64,000 nt of DNA from Diplonema japonicum (lineage: Eukaryota > Protista > Euglenozoa: Diplonemea), in contig OZ025702.1 in the NCBI GenBank assembly GCA_964019335.1, positions 62,001 to 126,000 of the forward strand, given 5' to 3'. The translations under genes were made by a program, and so were the position numbers. The notes beneath the pieces were generated by a model. It saw only the letters and a program-made list of their open reading frames with translations, had not been told where the DNA came from and made no database searches. Positions 22,355-32,880 of the stretch are shown here, in pieces (within the stretch, counting starts at the first letter, position 1; every line of letters starts with the position of its first letter).

Positions 22355-23324
22355 ATGCCAGTTCCACGCGTGTGTTCCCGCAACACTCCAGAGGTAGTAG
22401 TTCAAGGAAGAGATAGGCAACCGTACACCACAGGCTATTGCTGCGATGGGGAGCAAGTGGACAAGAGGGAGGGGAAGAACAGGTGGGGGTCCACGTGGTT
22501 CGAGTCGCAGCGAACAAAATCCGTGGAAAGAGAGAAAAGGGGCAAAGAACAAACGCGGGGGCTTCCAAGGGGGCAGGGAAACCGAAGAATGCCCTCCAAG
22601 AACATACCGCCGCACGTCCATCCCAACAGCCTCCCGGTCATCGTCAGCACCTAAGACGTCATACTCAGAGATATCAAGAAAGAAATGGCCGGGAAGGTAC
22701 AAGGATAGTGTTGCCGATCTGCAAACTGACTATTTTGCCACAACACTCGAGACGGTGCCGTCGAGCATCCACTCGCCTAGGTTCGGCGGCGGGAGGGTGA
22801 ACAGCAGGACAAAGCGGAACTACCCCCAAACACGACATGCCTCTCCTTCCCTCCGATTTCACAACAGAGAACCGGACCACCCTCGTAAAGGCCTTCGTGT
22901 GGCTGACATTCCCTTAGACACCGTCCTTCTCACTCATGATGTTCCTGATGCCACTTCGCGGCGGCCTAGACAAAGCCGCTTTGACGCGTACAGCATCCTC
23001 ACACAAGGGTATTGTGAACCTGACTCCCCCAGACCGGGGAAGCAGCAACGCTCTGGATCGCACCATTCTCAGGGGACGGTGGAGTTGCTAGGGGGGCGGA
23101 GGAGAAAGGTGCACCCGGAGTATGTTAAAGCTCACGTTCCTGAGATGCCCCGATCCATGCGGGGGGGGTCCCTCCATAGGCACCAACCCTGGCTGTCTTC
23201 GCACCAAACTCAACAAGCACTGGAGACCCCCTACACCCCTGTGGAACACCTAAACACATCGAAGAAAGTACACCGCTCCCGTAGCCACAGCAAAACCTTT
23301 TCCGATTTTGTAATGGGTTGCTGA
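22355..23324 (+). CDS. Hypothetical basic low-complexity protein (probably two exons)
   Basis: ATG after a poly(A) leader at 22355; putative intron 22394-22433 (GTAGTA...CCACAG, phase 0) joins into ORF 22446-23324. Confidence 0.65.
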
Positions 23325-23545
23325 TCCCATCCCCCCCCCCCCCCCCCCCCCCACTTTGTTGTTTATTGTTGTTATTAAAAAAAAAATATTATGTCTCTCT
23401 TTTTTTTTGTTGTACAAAAAGAACTACACAACTTGCTTTTAAAAAAAAAAGTTTTTTTTTTTTATTATTGGTGACCAAGCCCATACACCGCAGCCATGCT
23501 AATATAATACAGCAGCGAAAAAGAAAACAAGGAAAAAAAAAAAAA

Positions 23546-23989
23546 ATGTTTCGACCAATGAGGCGGCTGTGCTGTGCTGCAGGAAAGACGGTCTCGGCGA
23601 AGGAGAAGGGGCTCAAGCCCGTGCAGCCGGAGTACGAGACAGTGGACTACGTTAACATCGACATGAGACCACCGTTAAGCGAGGACAAGTTTGAATTGGA
23701 CTTAGAGAGGGCCAGGAGGAGGCTGATGTACCAAAGCGGCAAAAGAGGAATGCTTGAAATGGACGCACTACTGGGTACCTTTGGTCGTGCCCGCATCCCG
23801 GAATGGAGCAGAACGCAGCTCATGCAGTGGCATGACATCTTGAGACATTATGACAACGACCTCTACTGCTGGCTCGTCAGGAGAACAAAACTGGAAGAAG
23901 TTCCCTCCGATCTCACAAACTCACAGGTGTACCAAGACCTCGTGATGTATTCGCAAAATGAAGAACACAGAACTGAGATTCCTGAGTAG
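23546..23989 (+). CDS. SDHAF2: Succinate dehydrogenase assembly factor 2 (Sdh5/SdhE flavinylation factor)
   Basis: RRRLMYQSGKRGMLEMDALLGTF...DNDLYCW signature (RGxxE); basic N-terminal mitochondrial presequence MFRPMRRL. Confidence 0.92.
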   Translation: MFRPMRRLCCAAGKTVSAKEKGLKPVQPEYETVDYVNIDMRPPLSEDKFELDLERARRRLMYQSGKRGMLEMDALLGTFGRARIPEWSRTQLMQWHDILRHYDNDLYCWLVRRTKLEEVPSDLTNSQVYQDLVMYSQNEEHRTEIPE

Positions 23990-24079
23990 TATTTTTCTTT
24001 TAAGTGTTTCTATTTTATTTCGATCTGTTCAAAAAAAAAAAAACACCCCCCCCCCAGGCTACACGGGAGGCGTTACACA

Positions 24080-24178
24080 ATGGGTGCAGATATCTATCTG
24101 GCTGTCGGGATTCCCTGCGGCTGCTACTGTGTTTTCGTTATCTGCTTGATTACCGCCGTTGCGAATGAGTGGGTTTAG
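24080..24178 (+). CDS. Candidate 32-aa single-pass membrane microprotein
   Basis: MGADIYLAVGIPCGCYCVFVICLITAVANEWV*; occupies a complex-sequence island preceded by CCCCAG; below the ORF-track cut-off. Confidence 0.4.
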   Translation: MGADIYLAVGIPCGCYCVFVICLITAVANEWV

Positions 24179-24683
24179 GGGAAGCCGTGGTGCGTGATGA
24201 GAGGAACAGATGGGGGGGGGAGGAAATTTGTCCCCCTTTTTTTTTTTCTCTTCTTTTCTCTTTTTCTTTTCTAAAAAAAAAAAAAAAAAAAAGTTGCTGG
24301 TTCCGCCCCTCAGGGGGGGTGTATGGGTCTTAAAAAATTTTTTTTTTAAGATCTGTGATCCACCTTGTTTTTTTTTTAATACCGAGAAGGAGAAGGGAAG
24401 GGACAATTAGAAAGAAAAAAAGACAAAAACCACCCCCCCCCCCCCCCCCCCTCTTTCCACCTTATTTCGCCGTTTGGCCAAATCTTTTCTGTTTTCACTT
24501 CGCTTTCTCAAAGTTTAGTTTTTCCTCTTTTTTTTGCCGGGGTGGGAGGGGGGGAGTATTTCTCCTTGATCGCATGATCCAATTACAGGATATTATAGTT
24601 ATGACCTTTTTTTTTCTCTTTTTTTTTCCCCCACTCCAAAACCCAACACAGCACACACACCCCTCAAAAAAAAAAGAAGAAAA

Positions 24684-25178
24684 ATGAAATCAGCACAGCT
24701 ACAACTATGCATTGCAGTACTTGTGGTGCTGTCGGTCGTCCCTGTCTGCGAGTGCATCAACGCCAAGTGGAGCGGGAAGATCCCAAAAGGGGGTTTTTCT
24801 AAAAAGGCGAGAATGGATAATGCCCGCAGGAACGGGGAAAAATATGAAGACAAATACGAAAGCAGCTCTACAGGAACGGCAGGGGGGTGGTGGGGAAAGT
24901 CCGCACGTAGAGGAAAGCCTTTCGGACCGAGCGGCATCGGCTTGGCAGTTTTACTGGGGGGGCTTTACATCTTGTACAACACTGGAGCCTTGAACCGCTT
25001 TGCTGCGATGGTACGGGGGTACAACCTGAACAGGATAACGGATAAAATAATGGGGAAGAAGACAAAAAAAACAAGGCTTTCCTCAGCAAGGGACAGGGCG
25101 CAAAACGAAAATGCAGCAGAGCTAGACGATGCTACCAGAAGACGACGAATCCATAGGTACGCCAAATCGGAAACATGA
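24684..25178 (+). CDS. Signal-peptide + single-TM small membrane protein
   Basis: Hydrophobic N-terminus, TM segment GIGLAVLLGGLYILY, basic tail; poly(A) leader before the ATG. Confidence 0.7.
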   Translation: MKSAQLQLCIAVLVVLSVVPVCECINAKWSGKIPKGGFSKKARMDNARRNGEKYEDKYESSSTGTAGGWWGKSARRGKPFGPSGIGLAVLLGGLYILYNTGALNRFAAMVRGYNLNRITDKIMGKKTKKTRLSSARDRAQNENAAELDDATRRRRIHRYAKSET

Positions 25179-25293
25179 AAAAAAAAAAAGAGTATTTTTT
25201 TTTTTACCACCCCCCCTTAATTTTTTTCTCAGCCCCTTCAAAAAAAAAAGAGAGAGGGGAGGGTTGGACGGGCAAAAAAAAAGAGGAAAAAAA

Positions 25294-25636
25294 ATGAGTG
25301 GGGTAGATATGTCATTGGATGAAATAATACAAAAAAGTAAGGTGGTTCCGACACCACCTCAGATACACCCTATTGGTGGTGGGCGGGGTCTGCCTATGGC
25401 AGGACTCCCCACAGGAGGGAACATGCAGATGAACACGCCACTGTGGGTCCCCCCTGCAGGACGGGGGAACAAGCTCCGCGGGGTGCCATTTCAGCAAAAT
25501 ATGGGGCAGAATATAAACATAGTAAGCGGACCAGGCGGGCTGCAGTTTCAGAAGAACATGCTCGGGGGCGCAGGGCCGGGGGTACTAGGGTTGATGGGGG
25601 GTGCTATAATCCCTCAGGTACTTTTTTTTTTTTTTC

Positions 25637-25670
<34 letters not shown>

Positions 25671-26241
25671 ACAGCAAGCGGCGTTGCCCATGGACGCTAT
25701 GGTTCCACCACCACCTCCACCACCACCAAGCAACGAGTTTCTAGCCAACAATTTGCTTCAAACAGCTGGTCAAGTAGCAGCCACAATGTCCCTGATGGGC
25801 AACACCCCGCCTGGGTTCGATGGGTTGATGCAAAATATCTCGAGCATATCAAATAACAGCAATCCCGAGGACGTCATGGGTGTGGCTAATATGGTGGCGC
25901 AGTTGGCGGACAATACATTAAACGGTGGTGTGGGTGTGGGTGGTGGTGGGGGGCTGCCGCCTACCTTCATTAAGGTTCCAGGGGCGACACGTGTGGAGAA
26001 GGTTGACCCCCGGGCAATCAACCTTTCCGGTACGGGGAAGAAGGTGCGTGACGACGTTGCAACTCTTGTTCGTTCCCACAACAAAGCCACAGCCCTTGCA
26101 GCCGCCAGAGGCATCCCCCTCCCTACCCTCGCTGAGCAGAGGAAGAAAATTGTCCGCGAAAAGCAACTGCAAGAGAGCGCTCCCATGAAAGGCCCGACAC
26201 CCAGCCCTAAAAAGGTATTTTTAGAAAATGAAGGGTTAAAA

Positions 26242-26281
<40 letters not shown>

Positions 26282-26337
26282 AGCCCCGGATCTTGCTGAA
26301 GCACCGTTTTGACCGCCTTAGAGGGATATCGTCATGA
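25294..26337 (+). CDS. Protein with N-terminal UAP56-binding-like motif (ALYREF/CHTOP-like mRNA export adaptor), three exons
   Basis: Starts MSGVDMSLDEII (ALYREF-type motif); introns 25618-25674 and 26215-26283; last exon PRILLKHRFDRLRGISS*. No RRM seen. Confidence 0.65.
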
Positions 26338-26539
26338 TGCGGAAAAGGGGGTGTTGTCTGATTTGCTATCCCCTTTTTTTTTCTTTTTTTTTTTGGAGGG
26401 GGATATTGAAATTTTCGACTTTTTTTTCTGGGGGTGTTGTGTGTTATGTGAATTGCCCCTTTTCTTTTTTTTTTTTCTTCTTCTACCCCCCTAGCCCTTC
26501 TCCTGTGTGAGGAGGAGAGGAGGGCCAACTATTTTAGTA

Positions 26540-26573
<34 letters not shown>

Positions 26574-27243
26574 GACTTGAGTTTTCAAAGAAGGTACAAA
26601 ATCAACCACCCCCACCCCAGATTTTGAGAAAGTACAAGAAAATGACCCCAACTTATTATTGGAACAAAAAAAAAGTAAAGAAAAACAGCTAAAAACCTTT
26701 CATGTGAAAAGAGAAGGGGGGGGGGGGGGGGGGGGGCATACAGGGGAAGAATAAGCCCGACAACAGTTTTAACCGTCCCAACGGAGAGAGTTGTGAAACT
26801 TCAACAAGGAGGCATAGAATGCAAGAATAGTAAACACAAACTAACCCGCACGTGAGACATGGGTAGTCCGAAATTCCTTTGTTTCCCCCAAAGGTAGGGG
26901 TGCAACGTTGTTGGGGTGTTAATTTTTTGTACTTTTTTTTTGAAAAAAAAGTTTTTGAAAATTTAGTCGAATATTGTACTTTCGCCCCCCCCCAAAAAAA
27001 AAGAAAACAAAAAGAAAACGAAAAAGAAGAAGAAACAAAAAAAAAACCCCCCCCCACCCCCAACACACACCAAATATAAGAGGAATGAGAGTGTGTAGTA
27101 GCCGGGGGAAGGAAAAAAAAAAAATCCATTGCGAGAAAGGGGAAAAAAAAAAGTTGTGTCGATCTTGCACTCAATCTTTTTTTCTTGTTCTGCATGGTTT
27201 CCTCAAAAAGAAAAAAAAAGGGGGGGGGAAAGAGGGGGAAGAA

Positions 27244-27879
27244 ATGACAAGTTCGGTGCAAGTCCGAAGCGCGGCAGTACCAAGGTACGTGGGGGAGGAG
27301 TTATCGGTCTTCGAAGAAGAGACAGGAAAAAGGTGCAAAGTGGTGCTGAAAAAAGGTGTGTTGTACATGAGAATAGCGAAGCTAAAGGGGTATTTGGTGC
27401 ACCATTTTGGAATACCTGCAAATGAACAAATTCTTCGTTTTCGTGGGAAGGTTCTAGGAGACGGCGAGAATGCAGGCGAAGCAGGGCTGCATCACGGGTG
27501 CACTATAGAAATACACCGCTTGCGTCTTGACGCACACCGATCTGTCAGCGAAGCGTCACATGACCACGGGCGTTGCTTCTGCCCTCACTGCCATGGTGGC
27601 TTCCAGTCAGACAGTACGCATCACCGCCCTGCCGCCCAGCCCCCCGCACCTTCTAAGATCCAGACAGCAACCTCCAAGCTACACGACCTTGAGGCCGCCT
27701 ATGCAGAGATCGTTAAAAACCAAAACTGGGTCCTCCAAGGTGCAGACGACAGCCAAGCCCACATAATTCAATCTGTTACCTACCGCGATCTTAATCCGCT
27801 TCCCGCAGCATCCCCCGCCCCTGACCCGCGCACCTTCGAGTCCAATAGAGTTTCCCCTGTTCGGAGGCAGCCTTTCTAG
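27244..27879 (+). CDS. Ubiquitin-like domain protein
   Basis: IAKLKGYL...GIPANEQILRFRGKVLGDGE...GLHHGCTIEI is a ubiquitin-like pattern. Confidence 0.8.
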   Translation: MTSSVQVRSAAVPRYVGEELSVFEEETGKRCKVVLKKGVLYMRIAKLKGYLVHHFGIPANEQILRFRGKVLGDGENAGEAGLHHGCTIEIHRLRLDAHRSVSEASHDHGRCFCPHCHGGFQSDSTHHRPAAQPPAPSKIQTATSKLHDLEAAYAEIVKNQNWVLQGADDSQAHIIQSVTYRDLNPLPAASPAPDPRTFESNRVSPVRRQPF

Positions 27880-27885
27880 AATCTG

Positions 27886-27918
<33 letters not shown>

Positions 27919-28007
27919 TTGTGTTTTTGTGTCCCCCCCCCCTTTTTTTTCTTCATTCATTGAAAAGAGAGGGTGAGCGCCACACAGGTCGGGGGAGGGG
28001 GCCAGCG

Positions 28008-29252
28008 ATGGAGTGTCCCACCCCCACATCGCCGTACCCTGTCACACCGTACGGGACACCTCTGGCACAGTGGGGCTCGTCTGGGTACCCTGCTGCGCAG
28101 GAGCTGTTCGTGATGAACGACAGGCCTGGCGAGGTGCTGGAGATGGTGCAGAACGAGATGATGGACACAATTGGAACTATGAGCGCGGAAGCGGCAAGTG
28201 CAGCTGGAAGGCCGTCGGAAACGACTGTCAGTGGCACACCAAGCACAGGGCAGGGCTCATCAAGCACACGGCAGAGTTCATCAAACACAGGGCGGGGTAC
28301 TAGTATAGGGCAGGATACAGAGGTGGCAACAGCAAGGACAACGACAACCGGCGAATTGTCGCAAGCTGCTTCTGTGCTGAAAATGCAGCAGACGTACACA
28401 CAGGCACCGGATATTGTATTAGGCACCACAGGGACAGGGACAGGGACGCTGTCTTCCTTCGCGGCAACAAGGAAAACGACATTGCAGGGAAACCCCGGCA
28501 CGACAGTGCTGGAGGAGCTCCACACCCAGGTCCCCGAGATCACTTTCGGAACGATGACAGGGTCGCAGTCGTCGCGGCACACGCCTCACGGGACACCTGC
28601 CGCAGTGCTGGAGATGATGCTGACCCAGCCACCACGCACTCGGAAGTCTGTCAGCAAGCTGCGAGAGCAAATCGAGGCATCTTTGCGACTAGAGGGGGAC
28701 AACGGTGTACGCGCCATGCACGGCGTGTGGCGTAGGCTCTCTGATGGCATCACAGCACGGCAGGCGGCGAAGCTGCGCGGGCGGCACAAGGCCATGCTGC
28801 TGAAGGGTATTAAGTTGATGGAGGCAAAAAACATGAACAGGACTGTTGCGAAATACTTTTACTCTTGGAAAGGGTGGAAATTAGTTAAGGCTGTCATCCA
28901 CCCTACACCGCCGAAAATGGCCTATGACAGATTTGAAGTAGAGCTCAGAGCCGAAACCATGCGGCGTGCGGCTTACCCTTACTCTCCAATGAAGCAGGCA
29001 CAGTGCGCTCCTGCTGCGCATTCGCCGCAAGCGCAACCCCCTCTCATCACGGAGGACGATGTCAACGCCCGTGTCACACAGCTGCTCGAGGCGGTGAGGA
29101 ATAAACACCGGCCTTCCTCCCCTACTACTGCCGTAGAAAGAGCTGCCACGAACAGATCCATGCCCAGCATGCCTAGCTACAGACAGGTTTCCCCGGTGCG
29201 CAGCAAGGATGCCAGCCGCGTGCATCGTACTTACCGCTCGCGACTGCTGTGA
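28008..29252 (+). CDS. Hypothetical Thr/Ser-rich protein with internal repeats
   Basis: Long ORF; imperfect repeats VLKMQQTYTQAPDIVLGT / VLEELHTQVPEITFGT / VLEMMLTQPP; CACACAG upstream. Confidence 0.7.
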   Translation: MECPTPTSPYPVTPYGTPLAQWGSSGYPAAQELFVMNDRPGEVLEMVQNEMMDTIGTMSAEAASAAGRPSETTVSGTPSTGQGSSSTRQSSSNTGRGTSIGQDTEVATARTTTTGELSQAASVLKMQQTYTQAPDIVLGTTGTGTGTLSSFAATRKTTLQGNPGTTVLEELHTQVPEITFGTMTGSQSSRHTPHGTPAAVLEMMLTQPPRTRKSVSKLREQIEASLRLEGDNGVRAMHGVWRRLSDGITARQAAKLRGRHKAMLLKGIKLMEAKNMNRTVAKYFYSWKGWKLVKAVIHPTPPKMAYDRFEVELRAETMRRAAYPYSPMKQAQCAPAAHSPQAQPPLITEDDVNARVTQLLEAVRNKHRPSSPTTAVERAATNRSMPSMPSYRQVSPVRSKDASRVHRTYRSRLL

Positions 29253-29354
29253 AATATGGACACCCCCTTCCTTGCCCCCCTCCCCCCCTTATTGTAATGT
29301 ACGTTATTATTTCCATGCCCACCTTCCAGCACCACCCATCACAGGCATGTTGAT

Positions 29355-30536
29355 ATGGAGAACATGACAAGCAACGCGACTGACGGGGAGTTGTGCGAGT
29401 GGTGCTTAGGTGCTGCGGGTGTGTCGGGCGTGATTGGTGTGGCTGCAGGGGTGACGAATGGCGTGACAGCCTTCGGCGCGGGGCTCATCTACACAGTCCT
29501 GTGGGAAGCGGTGGGGCTTGTGAGCGGCGTGCTGGGCGACGACATGCGCAACGGAATCGTTGCCTCGACACTGGCCATCGTGGCCATCCAGGGTGCGTCA
29601 CTGGTCATCATGCGGAAGCTGCTCTGGACCCGGATCTCACTTATGACAATCACAACACTGCCCTCTGCAGTGGGAGTCGTGCTGGGCGCCATCTGCATCA
29701 ACGCTCTCGACAAGGACGCCGTGCGGTACGTGGCAGGGTCGCTGTTTGTACTCATTGCACTGCAGAAGTTGACGAACATGCTGACGGCACATTACAGAAA
29801 AACAACGCCACCGGAACCCGTGACACACCCCGCTGAGGGGCTCTACAAGTACAAAATGGTGGAGACCATCATGAAAGCAGTCCCTGCGCACACCATAGGG
29901 ACAGACAAGATGTTCGTAATGCAATACTGCATCGCGTTGGTGGTTGCTGGGTTTTTCTTTGGGCTGATATCGGCACCTGGCCCGCCTGCTATGGCGTACT
30001 TCGCACACGCAGGCACACCCACCGACGACATCCGTGTTATATATGGCCCTGTTGTCTTTGCGATGTGTTTTGAATCTGTTGTGGTGCACATGGTGACAGA
30101 TGCCTTCACGCCAGGTCTGGTCCACATCACGTCATTCGTCGGGGGCGTCTTGGGGTTCGTGGTCGGGAAATTTTTCATTGCGCCGCGTGTTCCTGTGCCG
30201 ATGGTGCGCTTTGTTGTCTTCCTCCTTGTCCTTGCTTCGGGGATGAAGTCTGCCGGGGTCTTCGACTGGTCAGTCCCAACAGGGCCTTACGTCATGTCAC
30301 TCATCGCCCTCTGGGCGTTCCTTGCGGCTTGCTACACTGGTTACAACACTTATCTCTCACGCAAGGGGCATATGCAAACTATGGTGAGTTTAAGTGACTT
30401 CGCGGACCTTGTTGAAATGTCCGTTGACGACGAGGCTGAACAAATGGAGGAAAGGGACCAATCATATATATATAGCATAGTGTCCAGGGTTAACCGATCA
30501 CCTTCGGGTTTTGAAACCCGACCCGAGCAATTTTAG
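29355..30536 (+). CDS. TauE/SafE (TSUP)-family membrane transporter
   Basis: Two-fold repeated Gly-rich TM halves (GVTAFGAGLI; GFFFGLISAPGPP), about 9 hydrophobic segments. Confidence 0.7.
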   Translation: MENMTSNATDGELCEWCLGAAGVSGVIGVAAGVTNGVTAFGAGLIYTVLWEAVGLVSGVLGDDMRNGIVASTLAIVAIQGASLVIMRKLLWTRISLMTITTLPSAVGVVLGAICINALDKDAVRYVAGSLFVLIALQKLTNMLTAHYRKTTPPEPVTHPAEGLYKYKMVETIMKAVPAHTIGTDKMFVMQYCIALVVAGFFFGLISAPGPPAMAYFAHAGTPTDDIRVIYGPVVFAMCFESVVVHMVTDAFTPGLVHITSFVGGVLGFVVGKFFIAPRVPVPMVRFVVFLLVLASGMKSAGVFDWSVPTGPYVMSLIALWAFLAACYTGYNTYLSRKGHMQTMVSLSDFADLVEMSVDDEAEQMEERDQSYIYSIVSRVNRSPSGFETRPEQF

Positions 30537-32374
30537 ATTTTCGATCACAGTCGGGTTAATGATCGGTTTTTTTCTAATTTCGGATCGGTCTGATCGGTTT
30601 TTTTTAATTTCGGATCGGTTTGATCGATCCAAATATTTCTGGCAAAAAATACCAAGACCATGCTCAAAAATTCTTTTTTCTAAAAACCCCATTTTGACGA
30701 TCTGAGCCCATTCCAGCTATCAAAACCCAAAATAGAGCCTTATTTAAGGCCTTAAATGCAGTTTTGAAAAAACTGGTTTTCGGACTTTTTTATTATTTTC
30801 GTAAGAACTCACCCCAAATACTTTTTTTTAGATAAAATGTCCGACACTTGTTCCTCTTCCTCTTCTGAAGAATCTGTGACTTCTTCAGAGGTGCGATACA
30901 AGACTCAGCTCTTGGAGAAGAGCAGGGACCAGCTGGTGGCCCATGCCAAAAGGAGGAAATTAAGCTCCTACGGCACCAAGGGCACACTTGCTAGCAAGAT
31001 CGCTGCTGACAAGGCTAAGAACGGTGGGGAGGACACCGATAACGCAAGTCGTCGTGTGGCAACTTCTTTGCCCGAAGCACCGACCCCCGGGCAGTTAAAG
31101 TCGATGCTATCCTCGATCATCGACTCCGCCTCCGACGGCCCACCTCAGGCGAAGAAGACTCTTAACGACACCCGCCTGTCTTCAGCCTTTGGGTGTTATC
31201 TCCACATTGCGAAGCGGTTTAAGCTACTCCAAGGCTTTGTGGCTTCGGAGGTCGAAAAGACAGGCTCAGCATCCTGCAAATCCTTGCTGGAGCTCAAGGA
31301 TCTTCTGCAGTTGCCAGACATGCAGGAGAAGATCGCTTCGGTTGCTCACCGATTGTTGCCGGTGATCGAGACGATGGACCGCATTGCTGACCCGGTCAGA
31401 AAACCGATCGCCGCCGACATCGCGGGGCAGATGGGCTTGTCCAGCAAGCTGGAGCCCGCTGCTCGTGAAACTTTCCTGGCTAGATGGCGAACCCACCCCA
31501 ATTTTCCTTTTTGGGAAGCGATGCGCTGTCTTGACCCCGTATTTCAAAGCGCGATGCAGGCCGGCTTCGCATACGCGACAGCCTACCTCTGCAAGACGTG
31601 TCTGAGGGGGAATGGCTGTCCTACTCGGCATAGCCCAAATGGACCACAGCCTTGAGACGAGTACCTCATTCGATATTGAAGCGTGGGGCTGGCTCAGAAA
31701 GCTGCTCTCCCTGTTTTGCATGACAGGGCCTTGTCGCTGCTGTACACGCAGCCTGTGGTAACAGCCGTGGACGCGGTGTTCTCCTCGATCGACGCCAAGT
31801 TCGGAGAGATGCATCGCGTCCGCCTCACACCAGACGTACGAAGGCAGCTGTTGTTCTTGTACCTGAACCAGGACATCAGCGGTGCTCTGTCTTCGTCTGA
31901 CAGGCACCACGTTCTCAGGCACGCCGGGTTGCAAGCAGGGAGGTAAGAAATTGTGCGTTCATCGCTGTGTGCGTGCATTCAGTTCTCTGTGGGTGAACAT
32001 CCTGCCTCAACGGGCACGCTTCCGTGTGTCCCATGGAGCTTTTCAAGGCGCCCCCTTATTTTGTGCGTTGCTACTTCCCGTTCAAGTTTCAAGTCATTAT
32101 TGACTTTCGTGCCCAGTTAAAAACCCGCCAAAAACAGGGAGAATGCCGATTTTCGGGAAAATAATCCTTTTCTAAGTTGTTTCGATGCAGGCGTTGTGTA
32201 CCTGGGAGGTCCGGGAGACGAATAGAAGGGTTATAAGTATGGTTGCATGCTCTCCTCCCGTTCTAATTATTGATTTTTGATTTCGCTCCTATTTAAAAAG
32301 AAGAAAAACCGCCAAAAAAAAGCGAAAAAACAGCTTTTCGGGAAAATAAACCTTTTCTAAGTCGTTTTGATGCA
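30485..32374 (+). mobile_element. Decayed hAT-superfamily DNA transposon (right end not defined)
   Basis: CAGGGTTAACCGATC terminus at 30485, GATCGG subterminal repeats (about 30-bp tandem at 30560-30620), transposase relic, and a 40-bp direct repeat 32150-32189/32335-32374. Confidence 0.7.
30837..31946 (+). pseudogene. hAT transposase remnant, frameshifted and internally deleted
   Basis: DTRLSS (TRWxS-like), CLDPVF, then EWLSY and FDIEAW in other frames, then C-terminal dimerisation-like PVLHDRALSLL...VDAVFS...RVRLTP...LLFLYLN; N-terminal SAP-like motif. Confidence 0.78.
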
Positions 32375-32880
32375 TTATAGACTATAGAAAAAAGAAAAAA
32401 ATGACGAAAGGTGGTCGCGAGGGAGGGGGAAAAAAAAAGAATGAGGAACCAAAGTATTCCTTGTTTCCAATCTTCTATTTCTGCGACAACTGGTTTCATA
32501 CCCTTCCATCATGGGTGAATATACCCCTTTCTGTTTCTCTATTTAATTCAGAAGGGCGGAACGGGGGGGGGGGGGGGGAGTATTTTTACCTCCTTAAACC
32601 TGTCCCTTTGCTGATGTGAGGGTTTTAGCAAACCCTGCCACCGTGTGAAAACACATCAAGAAAAAAAAAAGAAAAAAAGAAGAAGAAGAAAAAAAAAAAA
32701 ACTATTTCTCTTGAAACCGTGCGACCACTGTAGGTTGATGTGGAGCCGTTTAGCTTCCACGGGTAAGAAACCCAATACTTTTTTGAGCCCCAGCAGGGAC
32801 TCGTCAGTTTTCTTATTCTTCTTCTTGTTTGGGTATCCCTCATTTTCCACCTTTAAAAAGGAGAGGGGGAAACCAAAAAC

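Noticed and set aside
23316-23330. C-terminal Gly-Cys-TGA as possible selenocysteine
   Set aside because: No selenoprotein homology or SECIS-like hairpin visible downstream.
32631-32637. AACCCTG as right TIR of the hAT element
   Set aside because: Only a 7-bp match, and the flanks (ATAGTGTC vs CCACCGTG) form no 8-bp duplication.
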